Shown: positions 40,552 to 52,200 of the stretch, one piece after another
Layout of the letters: every line of letters begins with the position of its first letter
Numbering within the stretch: position 1 is the first letter of the stretch
Assembly: GCA_030704615.1 (NCBI GenBank)
Contig: CM060732.1
Location: 63,674,001 to 63,738,000, forward strand
Length of the DNA: 64,000 nt
From: Takakia lepidozioides
Taxonomy: Eukaryota > Plantae > Bryophyta
Reading direction: 5' to 3'
The notes under the pieces: model-generated
Databases searched by the model: none
What the model saw: only the letters and a program-made list of their open reading frames with translations
What the model was told of the DNA's origin: nothing
Made by a program: the position numbers and the translations under genes

Positions 40552-40985
40552 CACAAATGATGAAAACCCGGTAGAGCTTTATTTACAGGAAACATTTGAA
40601 CATATGATAGAAAAAACCCAAAACCTAGGAAAGAACAAAGAAGGGAGGAAAGGGAAGCAAGATTGGGTCTAATGTCTGGGAGAGTTGGGAGGTGGAATGA
40701 AGCCGATCCAGCTATGTCTGCCCGATGTAAAATGGCCATTGCTTGAGCTCTCTGTAATGCAACGGCCACTTTTTGTCTATAAAAGGCCACAAGAACGGAG
40801 GCGTAATGAATGCCCATGGTCTTGTTTGGGACCGCTTTGATGGGCACATGAACGGAGTAAGTCATCAAATTGGCGATGTGCCGAATATCCCTACAACCAA
40901 AGGGATGAAAGTGTCGGTAGGATGTCTGTCCCAATAGTCTCGTTCGTTGACTTGAGCAGGAACCAAAGCCATGGAGTCCTCTCAA
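40552..40985 (-). mobile_element. 3' fragment of a CRE-clade (RLE) non-LTR retrotransposon
   Basis: SVLVAFYRQKVAVALQRAQAMAILHRA; 3'UTR shared with the 59.8-61.6 kb copy. Confidence 0.8.
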
Positions 40986-41007
40986 TAGTCGCGTTCCGAG
41001 GTTGGGT

Positions 41008-41431
41008 AGCGTGTGAGCTCACATGAGCACAAGCGAATATTAAGGATATTCCCTAGATGCCTTTCGAATATTCTCCAACGAAACTAAAATTGAGAAATTA
41101 AAAACTTGGCGAAACTGTTTTTAACTGCTCACATAGGCCCTCACAGCATCACTTAAGAAACAAGTATTACCCTATAGGCGTGGGTTTCCTCACGTTATGT
41201 GAACCGGATACCCCCATAAAACCCCAGGTAAACAAAAATCGTGCTTTGCAGTCTGGGTATCGGCAGTTTAAGCCCTAGAAAAATTATTTTCGCATTGAGA
41301 AAATAAATCTGAAGGTACTCATATGCACTGTGCCTGTTAACATGTAATTCTTATGATCGCGATTTTAAAACATTTAACCCCTACGAACCGCGGGTTGTTC
41401 TCACGCCGTGCTCAAGTGAGCATGCACACGT
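41008..41431. mobile_element. Possible MITE with imperfect ~25-bp TIRs
   Basis: cgtgtgagctcacatgagcac (~41010) versus gtgctcaagtgagcatgcacacg (~41408). No TSD confirmed. Confidence 0.35.
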
Positions 41432-42100
41432 TGTGCTGAAGAGAGGACATGAGATTGCTCTCGGAGGACATGGAAACCAGCCTCACCTTGTCAGACCGGT
41501 TGTCCCACTACTGTGAAGTTTATGATAACTATGCTCCTTGCACCATCTGAGAACTGTGATAGCTCCCAATTTGGGTCTTCTATAAAGCTCTACAAACATA
41601 GCGTTTTTTCCAACTGCCTTGGGACTTCAAATCTTTACCAGCTCCGGATTGCTATGGTTCTCCATAACATTATATTCTCTGACACAAGAGAAGCGGACGA
41701 TACATTCCTCCAATGCGCACGGTTTAGAGAACCAACAAAAAAGAGAGTGTCTATACCTTGCTGCTATTTCTCGGCAGGCTGAGGTCAAAAACCCATAAGG
41801 GTCTCGAGCCCAGCACTTTAAGCCATATCCCGATTTCGGCTCCACAGTTGAGCCCCTTACTTTGCACCATGATGTGAGAGGCCTCTACCACGATCAACGC
41901 AAGACGAAGGAACGGACCTGCTCCATGGACGGCCATGAGCCCATGAGAGACGCCCAGCACGCCGACACCCCCCGAGCAGGAACAGAGCGAAAGCAGCGGC
42001 CAAATAACATAGTTTGAACAACTTTAAGATTTTCCTTTACAATGGTTAGATAGCTACCCCCCGGCACGCAGCGATGGTGATTGGGCGAGAAGGCGCAGGA

Positions 42101-43300
42101 ATGGCAGCAAGCTCTGGAGCTATCCTCAGCGCTCTCCCAGCGCCCACACCCAAGCTCGTTTCTTCATCTTACGACATTGAACGGGCTGGAGGCCTCACTT
42201 CATCATGCACAAAATTAACAGGCGACCCTGTGGAGCTGAAATGGGCATCCAGCTTGGCAATGCCAGCGATGGGTTTGACGCGGTCCCCGCCTGCAAAGAA
42301 ACCGCAGCAAGGTACACTTCATGCTTGGTTTTATGGGTCTCGGAAGACTTCCATTTTTACTCTGTAGGTGGACGTGAATGTAATAGACGTTCCTCCTGGC
42401 GTCAGCTCCTTCACTGTCTTCTGAGAGCATATGATACGTCGAATGAGAGCTGGAGATGTAATCATTTACGTTGTTTGCTTGGGTTTCTCTAGTACGCTAG
42501 GTCTGTGTCTTCTGTAATGGTGAAAGTTTTATTAGCGGTTGCGCATGTTTATGTGTGTAATCGAGAATTCTCCTTTGTCTTTCAGCATCTCCTGAACTTC
42601 TGGAATATTTGTCTTCTTCCATTTTGTCCATGAAGGAGACAGGTAATTGTTCATGTGGCGTGCTTGCCACCACAGTCCCTGTCAGTTACCCTGTGTAAGG
42701 GGAAGTGCAGATCGTGCTTTCTCTCACGGTGAGAATCATGACATGACTGGCCCCTTTAAACGCCACTGCAGGTGCCAAGAGGTGCAAGCAATTTGAGCTA
42801 GAAGGCTAGTTACGTTACTGTAGTCCCTGAAGCGGAGCTAAAATTGCCGGTCTCTGGTTGTAGCCTGATCTCTGCAAGGCTGGCGTTGAAGCCAAGGTTA
42901 CAAGTGCCCAATGCTGGTTTTCGCTGCCAATTCTTGCACGCAGGCCAAGCGATGAGCATAGAATGGCTCTGGCAGGAGTATTATTCAGATCCTTTACGAC
43001 TCTGGGACAACAGGTTTGATAAGGTGTGAATGCCTTCACTTAAGACACCAGAGAGTTGTCAAGGAGGATTGTATCTCCAGCTGGTTAGATTAATGGCAAT
43101 TTGCTCTTCCTTGTGAAAAGGTAGCAGGCCTGGTCATGCAAGGCTGTGTTTGGGTCTATGGCTGCTCAGCTGCCCATGGGCGGTTTCACAGAAAAGTCCA
43201 AGATCGTCAGACTTCCGACAGAAGGGCACAAAGGAGGCTGTTTGGATTGAGGGTTGGTCGAATCTTCCTTGGGTGAAAGAAGAGCTAGCTGCCAGGATGC
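42101..43300 (+). other. Upstream exons (transit-peptide or 5'UTR/uORF) of the DYW PPR gene
   Basis: MAASSGAILSALPAPTPKLVSS... ends at a GT donor at 42311/42312; a phase-compatible exon lies at 42824-43023. Paralogous copies exist elsewhere in the window. In-frame linkage to the PPR ORF is not established. Confidence 0.45.
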
Positions 43301-43502
43301 AAAATGGAGCACAATCTGTTGATGGTCCTAAGGTGGATGTACATTATGCTGCTCGGGGCCGAGGATGTGACGGGTATTTTTCTGATGATGGAAGGGTTCC
43401 AACTCAAAATTTGATACATTTTTCCTGAAAGTAAATGACTGCAGTTGTTTTGTAATGCTGTTTTGTAGGAAGGACACTGTCCTTATGGAGTAATCTTAAA
43501 GG

Positions 43503-46331
43503 ATGGCAGGTTTGAATCAATCACCAATGTTTGTTGGCAGGGGTGGCACCTCCATCACAGCCGCTGCTTTTAGAACAATACAGGGAGTCGACAAGGACTC
43601 TTCTGGCACTTGTAAGGATGTGAGAATGCTATCTAAGGCAGGACGACTGAAAGAAGCACTGCACATTTTGAACCAAATGGGCATTCAGGTGGACTCCACT
43701 ACCTATATCTGTCTCTTGCAGGAGTGCACCAACATGAAAGCCCTTGCAGAGGGAAAGCAGGTGCACGCCCACATTATCCGATGTGGATTCAAACCAAACA
43801 TCTTTCTACTCAACGCGCTTGTCAACATGTATGCCAAGTGTGGGAACATGGTGGATGCACTTCAAGTGTTTGACAAAATGCCTGAATGGGATATAGTTTC
43901 ATGGAACATAGTGATTGGAGGATATGTGAAGCATGGATGTGGTAGGGAGGCTTTAAACATCTATGAGCAGATGCAACAGGAAGGGGTAACACCTAACATG
44001 ATCACGTTCATTTCCATTCTTAATGCTTGTGCAAGCCTTGGAGCCCTGGAAAAGGGCAAAGAGGTCCATGCTGACATAACAAAAGCTGGAATTGCATTAA
44101 TTATTAATTTAGAGAATGCCCTAGTCAACATGTACGCCAAGTGTGGGAGCGTGGTGGATGCACACCAAGTGTTTGACAGCATGCGTGAACGTGATTTGTT
44201 TACTTGGTCCATAATCATGACAGGATTTGCCAAGCACGGGCATCCTGAGGAAGCTTTGAAAATTTATGGGCAAATGCAACAGGAAGCAGTGATGCCCAAC
44301 AGGATCACATTCATCAGTGTTCTCAATGCATGTGCCAGCCTAGGTGCCCTGCAAAAGGGCAAAGAGGTCCATGCTGACATCATCAAAGCTGGAATTGCAT
44401 CATACATCAATTTGGAGAATTCCCTGGTTGACATGTATGCCAAATGCAGGAGCATGAAGGATGCACAGCAAATGTTTGACAAGATGCCTCAACGAGATGT
44501 GGTTTCATGGAATACCATAATTGCAGGATATGCGCAGCATGGGTATGGTCACCAGGCTCTTGACCTGTATGCACAAATGCACAGGGAAGGGGTACTACCC
44601 AACAGGGTTACATTTATTTGTGTTCTCAATGCATGTGCCATTTTAGGAGCCTTGAAAAAGGGCAAAGAGGTCCATGCTGACGTGGTCAAAGCTGGTATTG
44701 CATCATCTGTTAATTTGAACAATACCCTTGTCGACATGTATACCAAATGCGGGAGCATGCAGGATGCTCGTCAGGTGTTTGACAATATGGGTCAACGAAG
44801 TGTGGTGTCATGGAATACCATGATTGTAGGATATGCCCAGCATGGGCTTTGTGAAGAGTCTTTCAATCTCTATGAGCAAATGCAACTAGAAGGGGTCACA
44901 GCTGACAAGGTCACGTTCACTTGCATCTTAAATGCGTGTACCAGCCTAGGAGCTTTGGAGAAGGGCAAGCGGGTGCATGCTGACATCAACAAAAGGTTGA
45001 TTACTACAGATATTATTCTGGAGACCTCCCTTTCTGCCATGTATGCTAAATGTGGGAGTTTGAATAATGCTCGTCATGTGTTTGACAATATGGCTCAACG
45101 AGATGTGGCCTCATGGAATGCCCTGATCACAGGATATGCCCAGCATGGGTGTGGTAGGGAGGCCTTTGAGATATATGAGCAAATGCAACGGGAAGGGGTG
45201 TTGCCCAACAAGGTCACGTTCATGTGTGCTCTCAATGTGTGTGCCAGCCTAGGATCTCTGGAAAAGGGAAAGCGGATCCATGCCGAGATCAGCAAAAGTG
45301 GAATTGCCTCAGATATCATGCTTGACAACGCCCTTCTCGACATGTATGGCAAATGTGGGAGTGTAAAGGATGCACGTCAAGTGTTTGCCAACATGGTTCA
45401 ACGTGATGTGGTCTCATGGAGTGCAATGCTTGCAGGATATGCGCAGCATGGGTGTGGAAGGGAGGCCTTCCAACTATTTGAGCAAATGCAACAAGAAGAC
45501 TTGACACCGGACTGTATCACCTTCACATCCCTTCTCTCTGCATGCAGCCATGTGGGCCTATTGGATGAAGGTCGTCACTACTTTGATTCCATGAGACAAG
45601 ACCATGGCCTCACTCCCACAGTGGAGCATTTTGGCTGCATGGTGGACCTTCTTGGCCGTGCAGGGCGATTGGATGAGGCAGATGATCTCATCAGCAAGAT
45701 GCAAATTGAATCAGATGTTGGAGTGTGGAGGGCCTTGCTCAGTGCCTGCAGAACTCATGGTAACGTGGAACTGGCAGAACGCGTGGCAAAAAATATTATC
45801 AAGAGGGATCCACAGCATGCTGCAGCTTATGTGCTCCTATCAAACATCTATGCTGCAGCTGGCAGGTGGGATGAGAAAGCAAAGATAAGAAAAATGATGG
45901 GGGACAATGGTGTGAAAAAGGAGGCAGGGTGCAGCTGCATTGAGGTTGAGAATCGGATGCATACATTCGTTGTAGAAGACAAATCACATCCGCAAATCAA
46001 GGAAATCCATGCTAAGCTGCAGAGATTGTCTGGGCAGATGAAGGAGGCCGGGTACGTGCCTGACACAAGCTTTGTATTGCATGATGTGGAGGACGAGCAA
46101 AAGGTGGCTTCTCTTTGCTACCACAGTGAGAAGCTGGCCATTGCATTTGGGCTAATCAGCACACCCCCTGGGACAACTGTCCACATCATCAAGAACCTTC
46201 GGGTGTGTGGTGACTGCCACACGGCCATAAAGTTCATCTCAAAGATTGTTGGGCGAGAAGTTGTTGTACGGGATGCTAAACGCTTTCACCATTTCCAAGA
46301 TGGTGTGTGTTCTTGTGGAGATTATTGGTGA
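43503..46331 (+). CDS. PLS-class PPR protein with E1-E2-DYW cytidine deaminase domain (organellar C-to-U editing factor)
   Basis: 942-aa intact ORF with 20 PLS motifs, HSEKLAIAFG, NLRVCGDCH and terminal HHFQDGVCSCGDYW. Confidence 0.97.
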   Translation: MAGLNQSPMFVGRGGTSITAAAFRTIQGVDKDSSGTCKDVRMLSKAGRLKEALHILNQMGIQVDSTTYICLLQECTNMKALAEGKQVHAHIIRCGFKPNIFLLNALVNMYAKCGNMVDALQVFDKMPEWDIVSWNIVIGGYVKHGCGREALNIYEQMQQEGVTPNMITFISILNACASLGALEKGKEVHADITKAGIALIINLENALVNMYAKCGSVVDAHQVFDSMRERDLFTWSIIMTGFAKHGHPEEALKIYGQMQQEAVMPNRITFISVLNACASLGALQKGKEVHADIIKAGIASYINLENSLVDMYAKCRSMKDAQQMFDKMPQRDVVSWNTIIAGYAQHGYGHQALDLYAQMHREGVLPNRVTFICVLNACAILGALKKGKEVHADVVKAGIASSVNLNNTLVDMYTKCGSMQDARQVFDNMGQRSVVSWNTMIVGYAQHGLCEESFNLYEQMQLEGVTADKVTFTCILNACTSLGALEKGKRVHADINKRLITTDIILETSLSAMYAKCGSLNNARHVFDNMAQRDVASWNALITGYAQHGCGREAFEIYEQMQREGVLPNKVTFMCALNVCASLGSLEKGKRIHAEISKSGIASDIMLDNALLDMYGKCGSVKDARQVFANMVQRDVVSWSAMLAGYAQHGCGREAFQLFEQMQQEDLTPDCITFTSLLSACSHVGLLDEGRHYFDSMRQDHGLTPTVEHFGCMVDLLGRAGRLDEADDLISKMQIESDVGVWRALLSACRTHGNVELAERVAKNIIKRDPQHAAAYVLLSNIYAAAGRWDEKAKIRKMMGDNGVKKEAGCSCIEVENRMHTFVVEDKSHPQIKEIHAKLQRLSGQMKEAGYVPDTSFVLHDVEDEQKVASLCYHSEKLAIAFGLISTPPGTTVHIIKNLRVCGDCHTAIKFISKIVGREVVVRDAKRFHHFQDGVCSCGDYW

Positions 46332-46709
46332 ACAAGTAGCATCCACACGGTTGAAAGGAACGATTCGTGTCATTCAATGCAACAGTCAGTACCAAGTTCT
46401 CAATGAGGAATCCCCAGAATGACAAATGGTATGTATACTCTTAACATGGTACTGTATGGAAGGAATATTGGGTCTATGATCTGTAAGTGCAGATTTAACA
46501 ACAATACGCAAATCAAAGATCAAATGTGGCAAAAGAAACTTTGTTTTCAGGTATTTTGTAAGAAATGGGGATATTTAAGACTTATTGACTGTTCTATGAG
46601 AATATTGGCTGTGGTATGGGGCTTCTTCCAGGGAGGTCGTGAGCTTAACCATGAAGGAACGTGGTGGAGCAGACATGAAATACCACGAGAGAACAGGCTG
46701 TGGAGGTTT

Positions 46710-47790
46710 GCCAGCAGAGGGAAAGCAGGTCCATGCCCACATAATCCAACTTGGATTCAAGCCAAATATGTTTCTACTCAACACCCTTGTCAACATGTAT
46801 GCCAAAGTGTGGATGCACGCTGAGTGTTTGACAAAATTTCTGAACGAGATATTTTCACATGGACGATGATGATAGCAGGATATGCCAAGCATGGGTTTGG
46901 TAGGGAGGCTTGCAATCTCTATGAGGAAATGCAACAGGAAGGGGTCACACCCAACAAGGTCACGTTCATTTGTGTTCTCAATGCCTGTGCCATCCTTGGA
47001 GCCCTGAAGAAAGGCAAAGAGGTCCATGCTGATATCATTGAAGGTGGAATTTTACCAGATATTGTTAGAGAGTCCACATGTATTCCAAGTGCGGAAGCCT
47101 AAAGGATGCACTTCAAGTGTTAGATAAAATGGCTACGTGGAATGTGGTCTCTTGGAGTGCAATGATTGCAGGGTATGCTCAGCATGGTTGTGGTAGGGAG
47201 GCTTTCATGTTCTACGAGCAAATGCAAAAAGAAGGGGTGATGCCCAACAGGGTCACTTTCATTTGCATCCTGGATGCGTGTGCAAGCCTAGGAGCTCTGG
47301 AAAAGGTCAAAAATGTCCATGCAGACATCATGAAAACTGAGAATTTGCTAGATATAAATTTGGAGACTGCCCCCCCTTTCTGACATGTATGCCAAATGCA
47401 GCAGCATGAAAGATGCACATAGAGTCTTTGACAATATGGCTAAACGAAATGTTTGTATCATGGAGTGTCATGATTCCAGGATATACTCAACACGGGTACG
47501 GTAAGGAAGCTTTCAAGATCTATGAGCAAATGATTCAGGGGTGAGGCCAGACAAGGTTACATTCAATTTTGTGCCAGTCTAGGAGCCCTGGAAAAGGGCA
47601 AAGAGGTCTATGCTGATATGAGCAAATTTGCACCGGATATCATTCCGGAGACATGTATTGAAAACGTGGCAGTGTAAAGGATGCTCGTCAAGTGTTTGAC
47701 AATATGCTCCACCTGGATGTGGTGTCATGGAATGCCATGATTGCTGGATATACTCAGCAAGGGTGTGGTAGGGAGGACCTCCAGTTATTC
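46710..47790 (+). pseudogene. Frameshifted partial tandem copy of the PPR gene
   Basis: AEGKQVHAHIIQLGFKPNMFLLNTLVNMYAK matches the first motifs of the 43503 gene. Multiple indels and no DYW. Confidence 0.9.
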
Positions 47791-47834
47791 CCACATCTTT
47801 GAATCCAAATTTTGAAGCATTTGACAATGCTATA

Positions 47835-48073
47835 AAATTTTGACTCCTGCTGAAGTGAGCTATGACGTCACTTCAGCCCGAAGGGCTATTGCCTTCTGTA
47901 TGGAAGGTGGCACCATCTAATGGGCAGGAATGCGGTTGCCCTACAACTCGAAAGTCCCAAGGTACCCACACTAGTGACCGGCGATTTGTTGCTATGATGG
48001 GATTCCAACATATGCGGCATTTGAATCCACGACCACTTGCTAGGTAGCCTTGTGCCCTAACCCATGGGCCCAT
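47835..48073 (-). mobile_element. Possible tRNA-derived SINE
   Basis: Minus strand has A-box-like TGGGCCCATGGGTTAGGGC and B-box-like GGATTCAAATGCC about 40 nt apart, with stem-loops near the 3' end. Confidence 0.35.
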
Positions 48074-49280
48074 CTGTTCAATGTTTCACTGCCAAACAGC
48101 CTCCCAGGGCAGCCTCAGAAATCCAGGAAAGTCCTGGGGTAAGAATTTTGTCAGAAAGATTTGCTCAAACCTTTCCCCTGCCCCTGCCACATAATCCTTC
48201 TGCTTAGGGAGGTCAGTATAATTACCAAGTGAATTTTTGAGTAGTGCTTTGGTTCAAAGCGGTTTACACTAGACTCTGCTTTACAGGAGGCATAATGCCG
48301 ACCAGGAACTTCAGCGCTGGTGGTACCATGGTACCACTTGATGCAACGATTGGAAACCCGTCTTTATTCAACCTCGAGATGGAGCATCCCCTACATTGAA
48401 ATGAATGTGGAAATCAAGTGCAGACTGCGCGGAGGATGGGCAAGCAACTGTATGTGGTGGCCTTGCTTTCATGGCTGACTTCCTACCATGTGAGCTCCTT
48501 GCATACATGCTACCCAATCTCTAGAGAAAAATTCAATCTCACCTTTCACTGACCAATTTGACAGATGCGGGCAGGCAGCAAAGGAGGTGGGTCCTATACA
48601 ATTGGACCAAGACAATTCTACAATAGTACTAATAGTAGTAACAGTACTTTCTAGTCCTCTGTAAAATGACATTTAGAGTGAGAAGGCATGTGATGCAACA
48701 CTGCCCCATTCACTGCTGAGTGACAGTGACCAGGGTGCCAACATAATCTATCTGCCAGTGCCCCGTTGTCCTCAATAGTGACAGACACTCAGGTTACTTA
48801 GAGCTCTCTCCGGTTCACCACCAAAGATCTTCACATGATCAAAAGGGCAATTGAGGTCTCGAGGTTGCCCATCATGGACGGCTCCAAAAATTGTTGTTTA
48901 GTTACTAATTTATTCAAGATGATGAATCCTTCTGATACTCATGCAATCCAACTCCTTATCTTGAATCCACTAAGCTTGCTAGTACCCTCTGTCAAATCAA
49001 CAAATACCATGGTGGAGTGACATAGGATTTACATTAAAGTTGAAAGATTAGGGTTGGTAAGAAAAGTGTGCATGAAGTGGACCCTCCACTAGGGTGCTGG
49101 TTCAAAGTGTGCATGAATAAATGATGAATGGTGTTTCACATTTTACTAACTGACCTACAATGCACCCAGATTTACAAAAATGTTTCCTGCTGTAGAACTA
49201 CCATAGTACTGCACTCTCACCTGCCTCGTATGAACATCACTAAAGAGGTCACTGAACATCAATATGATGCAAGGAACTAA

Positions 49281-52200
49281 TTAAAGCAGGCTCGTCACAA
49301 AATGAGCAGCAGACCGGACACTGACCATATTGTGGTCGTGCAACCAGTGTTTTGCCTGTTCCTCAACATTCATTGCCAAGTTTCCTTTATGCTCCAGCAG
49401 CTCCTGTACACACACAAGATAGTTGTCCATGTTCAACTTGGGTAAGTGCAGGACAAGCCCAAACAGATGCTTAAACTCAGTCGAGTCCTCAGTTCCTCCA
49501 TGAACCAGCTCCAACTTGGCAGTTGTTGCACACAGCAGCACATTCTGAGGCCATTCCTGCCATCCCCACCCTTATGTAAGAAACCTGCTTCATAAATGTG
49601 GAGTTGTTGGAAAGCAGACATGTGAGCTTCTACATGGTGGCATTCCCTCATAAAAAGCTCATGCAGTTAACTCCTTTAAGCAGGGCCAGCAACCAAAGAG
49701 CCCATTAAGGGGTTCATGCTGGGGGAGAGAAATAGAGATAGTTGGACCACCTGCAAATTGCCATCCAGTGCTGTTTTCAGTATTGTGAAGCCTTCCTCTC
49801 CTCCCTGTCTCAGTACAGAACAGAAATGTATTCCGTTGAGTGCAGAGTAGACATCCAACTAAAATGCACCTGAATTAAAAGGAAGCACCGAAATATCTAA
49901 GAATGAAGCCAAGCCAATTTCAGACATCTGCCTGATACTACTAAAGAAGTACATGTGGAAAACATAACATTAGGAAAGGATACATACCCGCGAAAAAAGG
50001 TCATCAATAATAAGGGCAAAGCGCAGCTGCCAATGCCGAGCCAGCTCCTCCAGTAGAGAATGTATGGTTTTCAACTCTGACTGAGGAAGTGTGACAACAC
50101 GTAACCCTGTGTTGAGTGCAAGGTTACTCAGCACTGAGTTCAACAGCCATGATTTCCCTACTCCACTTGGGCCAAGCTGCCACACATTCATTCAGTAAAG
50201 GTCATACATTTGCTGCACAAACTCATCCTGGTTTTCAGGAAATACTTGCGAGGAGAGAGGCCTGAAAAATTGGCTATTTCCGCTAAAAACAGGAACAAAA
50301 GAATCATCTCCACCTGGAGGTTGACTTGGAACCAAAAAAGTTGGGTAGACTCTCTTTTTGAGTATGAACAAATGTATAGCTCACATCCCTAGTTGCAATT
50401 CCCCAATCACCAGCCCAAAGTATTGTAAAGGAAAGGGGTATATGGGTGCTTGCAACCAGTCGCCATTTGGTCCAATAACCAATCTAGTACTGATTTCTCT
50501 TGGTGTTTGCACACCCCAGAAGTTGGGAGCCATTATGGCTAGGTGCCTCTAACACTCAGTTCAAAGCATGAAGGGTGAAAGTGACCAGAAACAAGCCATC
50601 CTGGGGAACATGCACCAGATGGAGCTCCGCATGAAGCCACATGACCTGAACAAAGTGGGAACCTATCACTCTTATTTGCTAATTGGAACTAACTGTCAGC
50701 ATCTTGGATGGGAAACCCCACTGCTGCTCCGGAAAGAACCTGTCCTTCTCAGCGAAGATAAGAAGTGGCAGTTACTTGCATCAAGCATACATCCCAAGTG
50801 TAGTCGTCACAAATAGTATGCATAGATGTCACATACCAGAAGAGTATGGTGGGCAGGAGAGCCAGAAGCATGTCTATGCAGGTTCTTTTGCAAGGCCTCT
50901 CGGTGAGCAGTATGTATCGTGAGGTTGCAAGGAGCTTTAGCTCTCACGAGGATGAAATCACGGGCCATTTTCCCCCCTCTCCACTGCATCACTGCTTCCA
51001 AGATATTTCGAATTAGTCCTATATATAAAATCACCACTCTCTATGTCACGAGTCCTATTTTCCTCTCTTCCACTCGAAATTGTCTTCAAACTTCTCCTAC
51101 TGCATGTATAATAGAAATGATCTGCTCATCTGCTGCTATCTAACAGTACACATGATCATGGAATTGCAAGAAGACTCGCCGAATGGCACAGCTATCAGAA
51201 CATAGATCCAGCACAAAGCTGTATCATGCCAGTTGACAGTGAGGCTAGTCTCTCCTAAAATAGAGTAGTTACAGCTGACACTTATCAGAATCCACACTAA
51301 ATGGCACTCACCTTGTGTGGAGGCAAGTTGCCCACGACTGTGAATTGTGTAGTATCCTTCTAACATTGGTACTGCCTCTGACCACTTCCACAATCCCCCA
51401 ATCTTTTTCCGCCACTTCACCCTTTCTGCAGAGCCCCTCTACATTGAGTATACACTAGTTCTGGCCATCCTATATTGCATAATAACTAGGCATTCCAGTA
51501 ACATCAAGCTCTCACACTGGAGGTGACAAGCTGCAGTCTGTCTGTCAGTCATTAGCTCAAAATCATCCATGTACTCTATTGTTCTTGGAATTACCAACCC
51601 TGGTCAACAGTAAACAGCGAAACCACTTTTGAGCACTTATGTTGAACTCCTACTTCACAGTTATAGGTAGCTCAAGCCATAAGGGCAACTTACCATGGTC
51701 AAGAAAAGATAGGAATGGATGATCAAAACTGTCATCGCCCTCATAGTTTTCAGCAGTAGACGCACTCTTTTCCTGTCCCTGCGCTTGTGACCTTTCTGCC
51801 ACGCCACCATCATCTGCACATGACCGGAACATGCTGACTACATCTGGAGCAGAAAAGGCAAAGTGAATGAAGCATATGGAAGAAGCGGATCTATCGTCCT
51901 TTTAATTGTATTTCTGCTGCCGTTACATAGCTCCCTTTGTATCTCTCTTGAGCTGTACATGCATCCCTGACAGCTGGTCTCAAAGTGACAGGACTAGTGA
52001 GGCTACTCATTCCAACCTTTAGAGCAGGCAGACAGGCGCCCATGCCTAGGAAAACTGACTATTTAGACAAGCAGTAGTAAGGGTCATCTGTCTTCCACAC
52101 TTACGGAGAGATGGAAGGAAGGCAACAAACCAGCACCCATGAGAGAGAAGCCAAAGCTGCTACAGCTTCCCTCAGCCACAACTGCTAATTTGCGCACTGT

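Noticed and set aside
43503-46331. U-to-C (DYW:KP-type) editing factor
   Set aside because: The domain has canonical SHP, HSEKLA and terminal DYW features of C-to-U enzymes.
47848-47890. Ribozyme or terminator (adjacent hairpins gctgaagtga/tcacttcagc and agcccgaagggct)
   Set aside because: No hammerhead or HDV core recognised; better explained as part of a SINE-like repeat.
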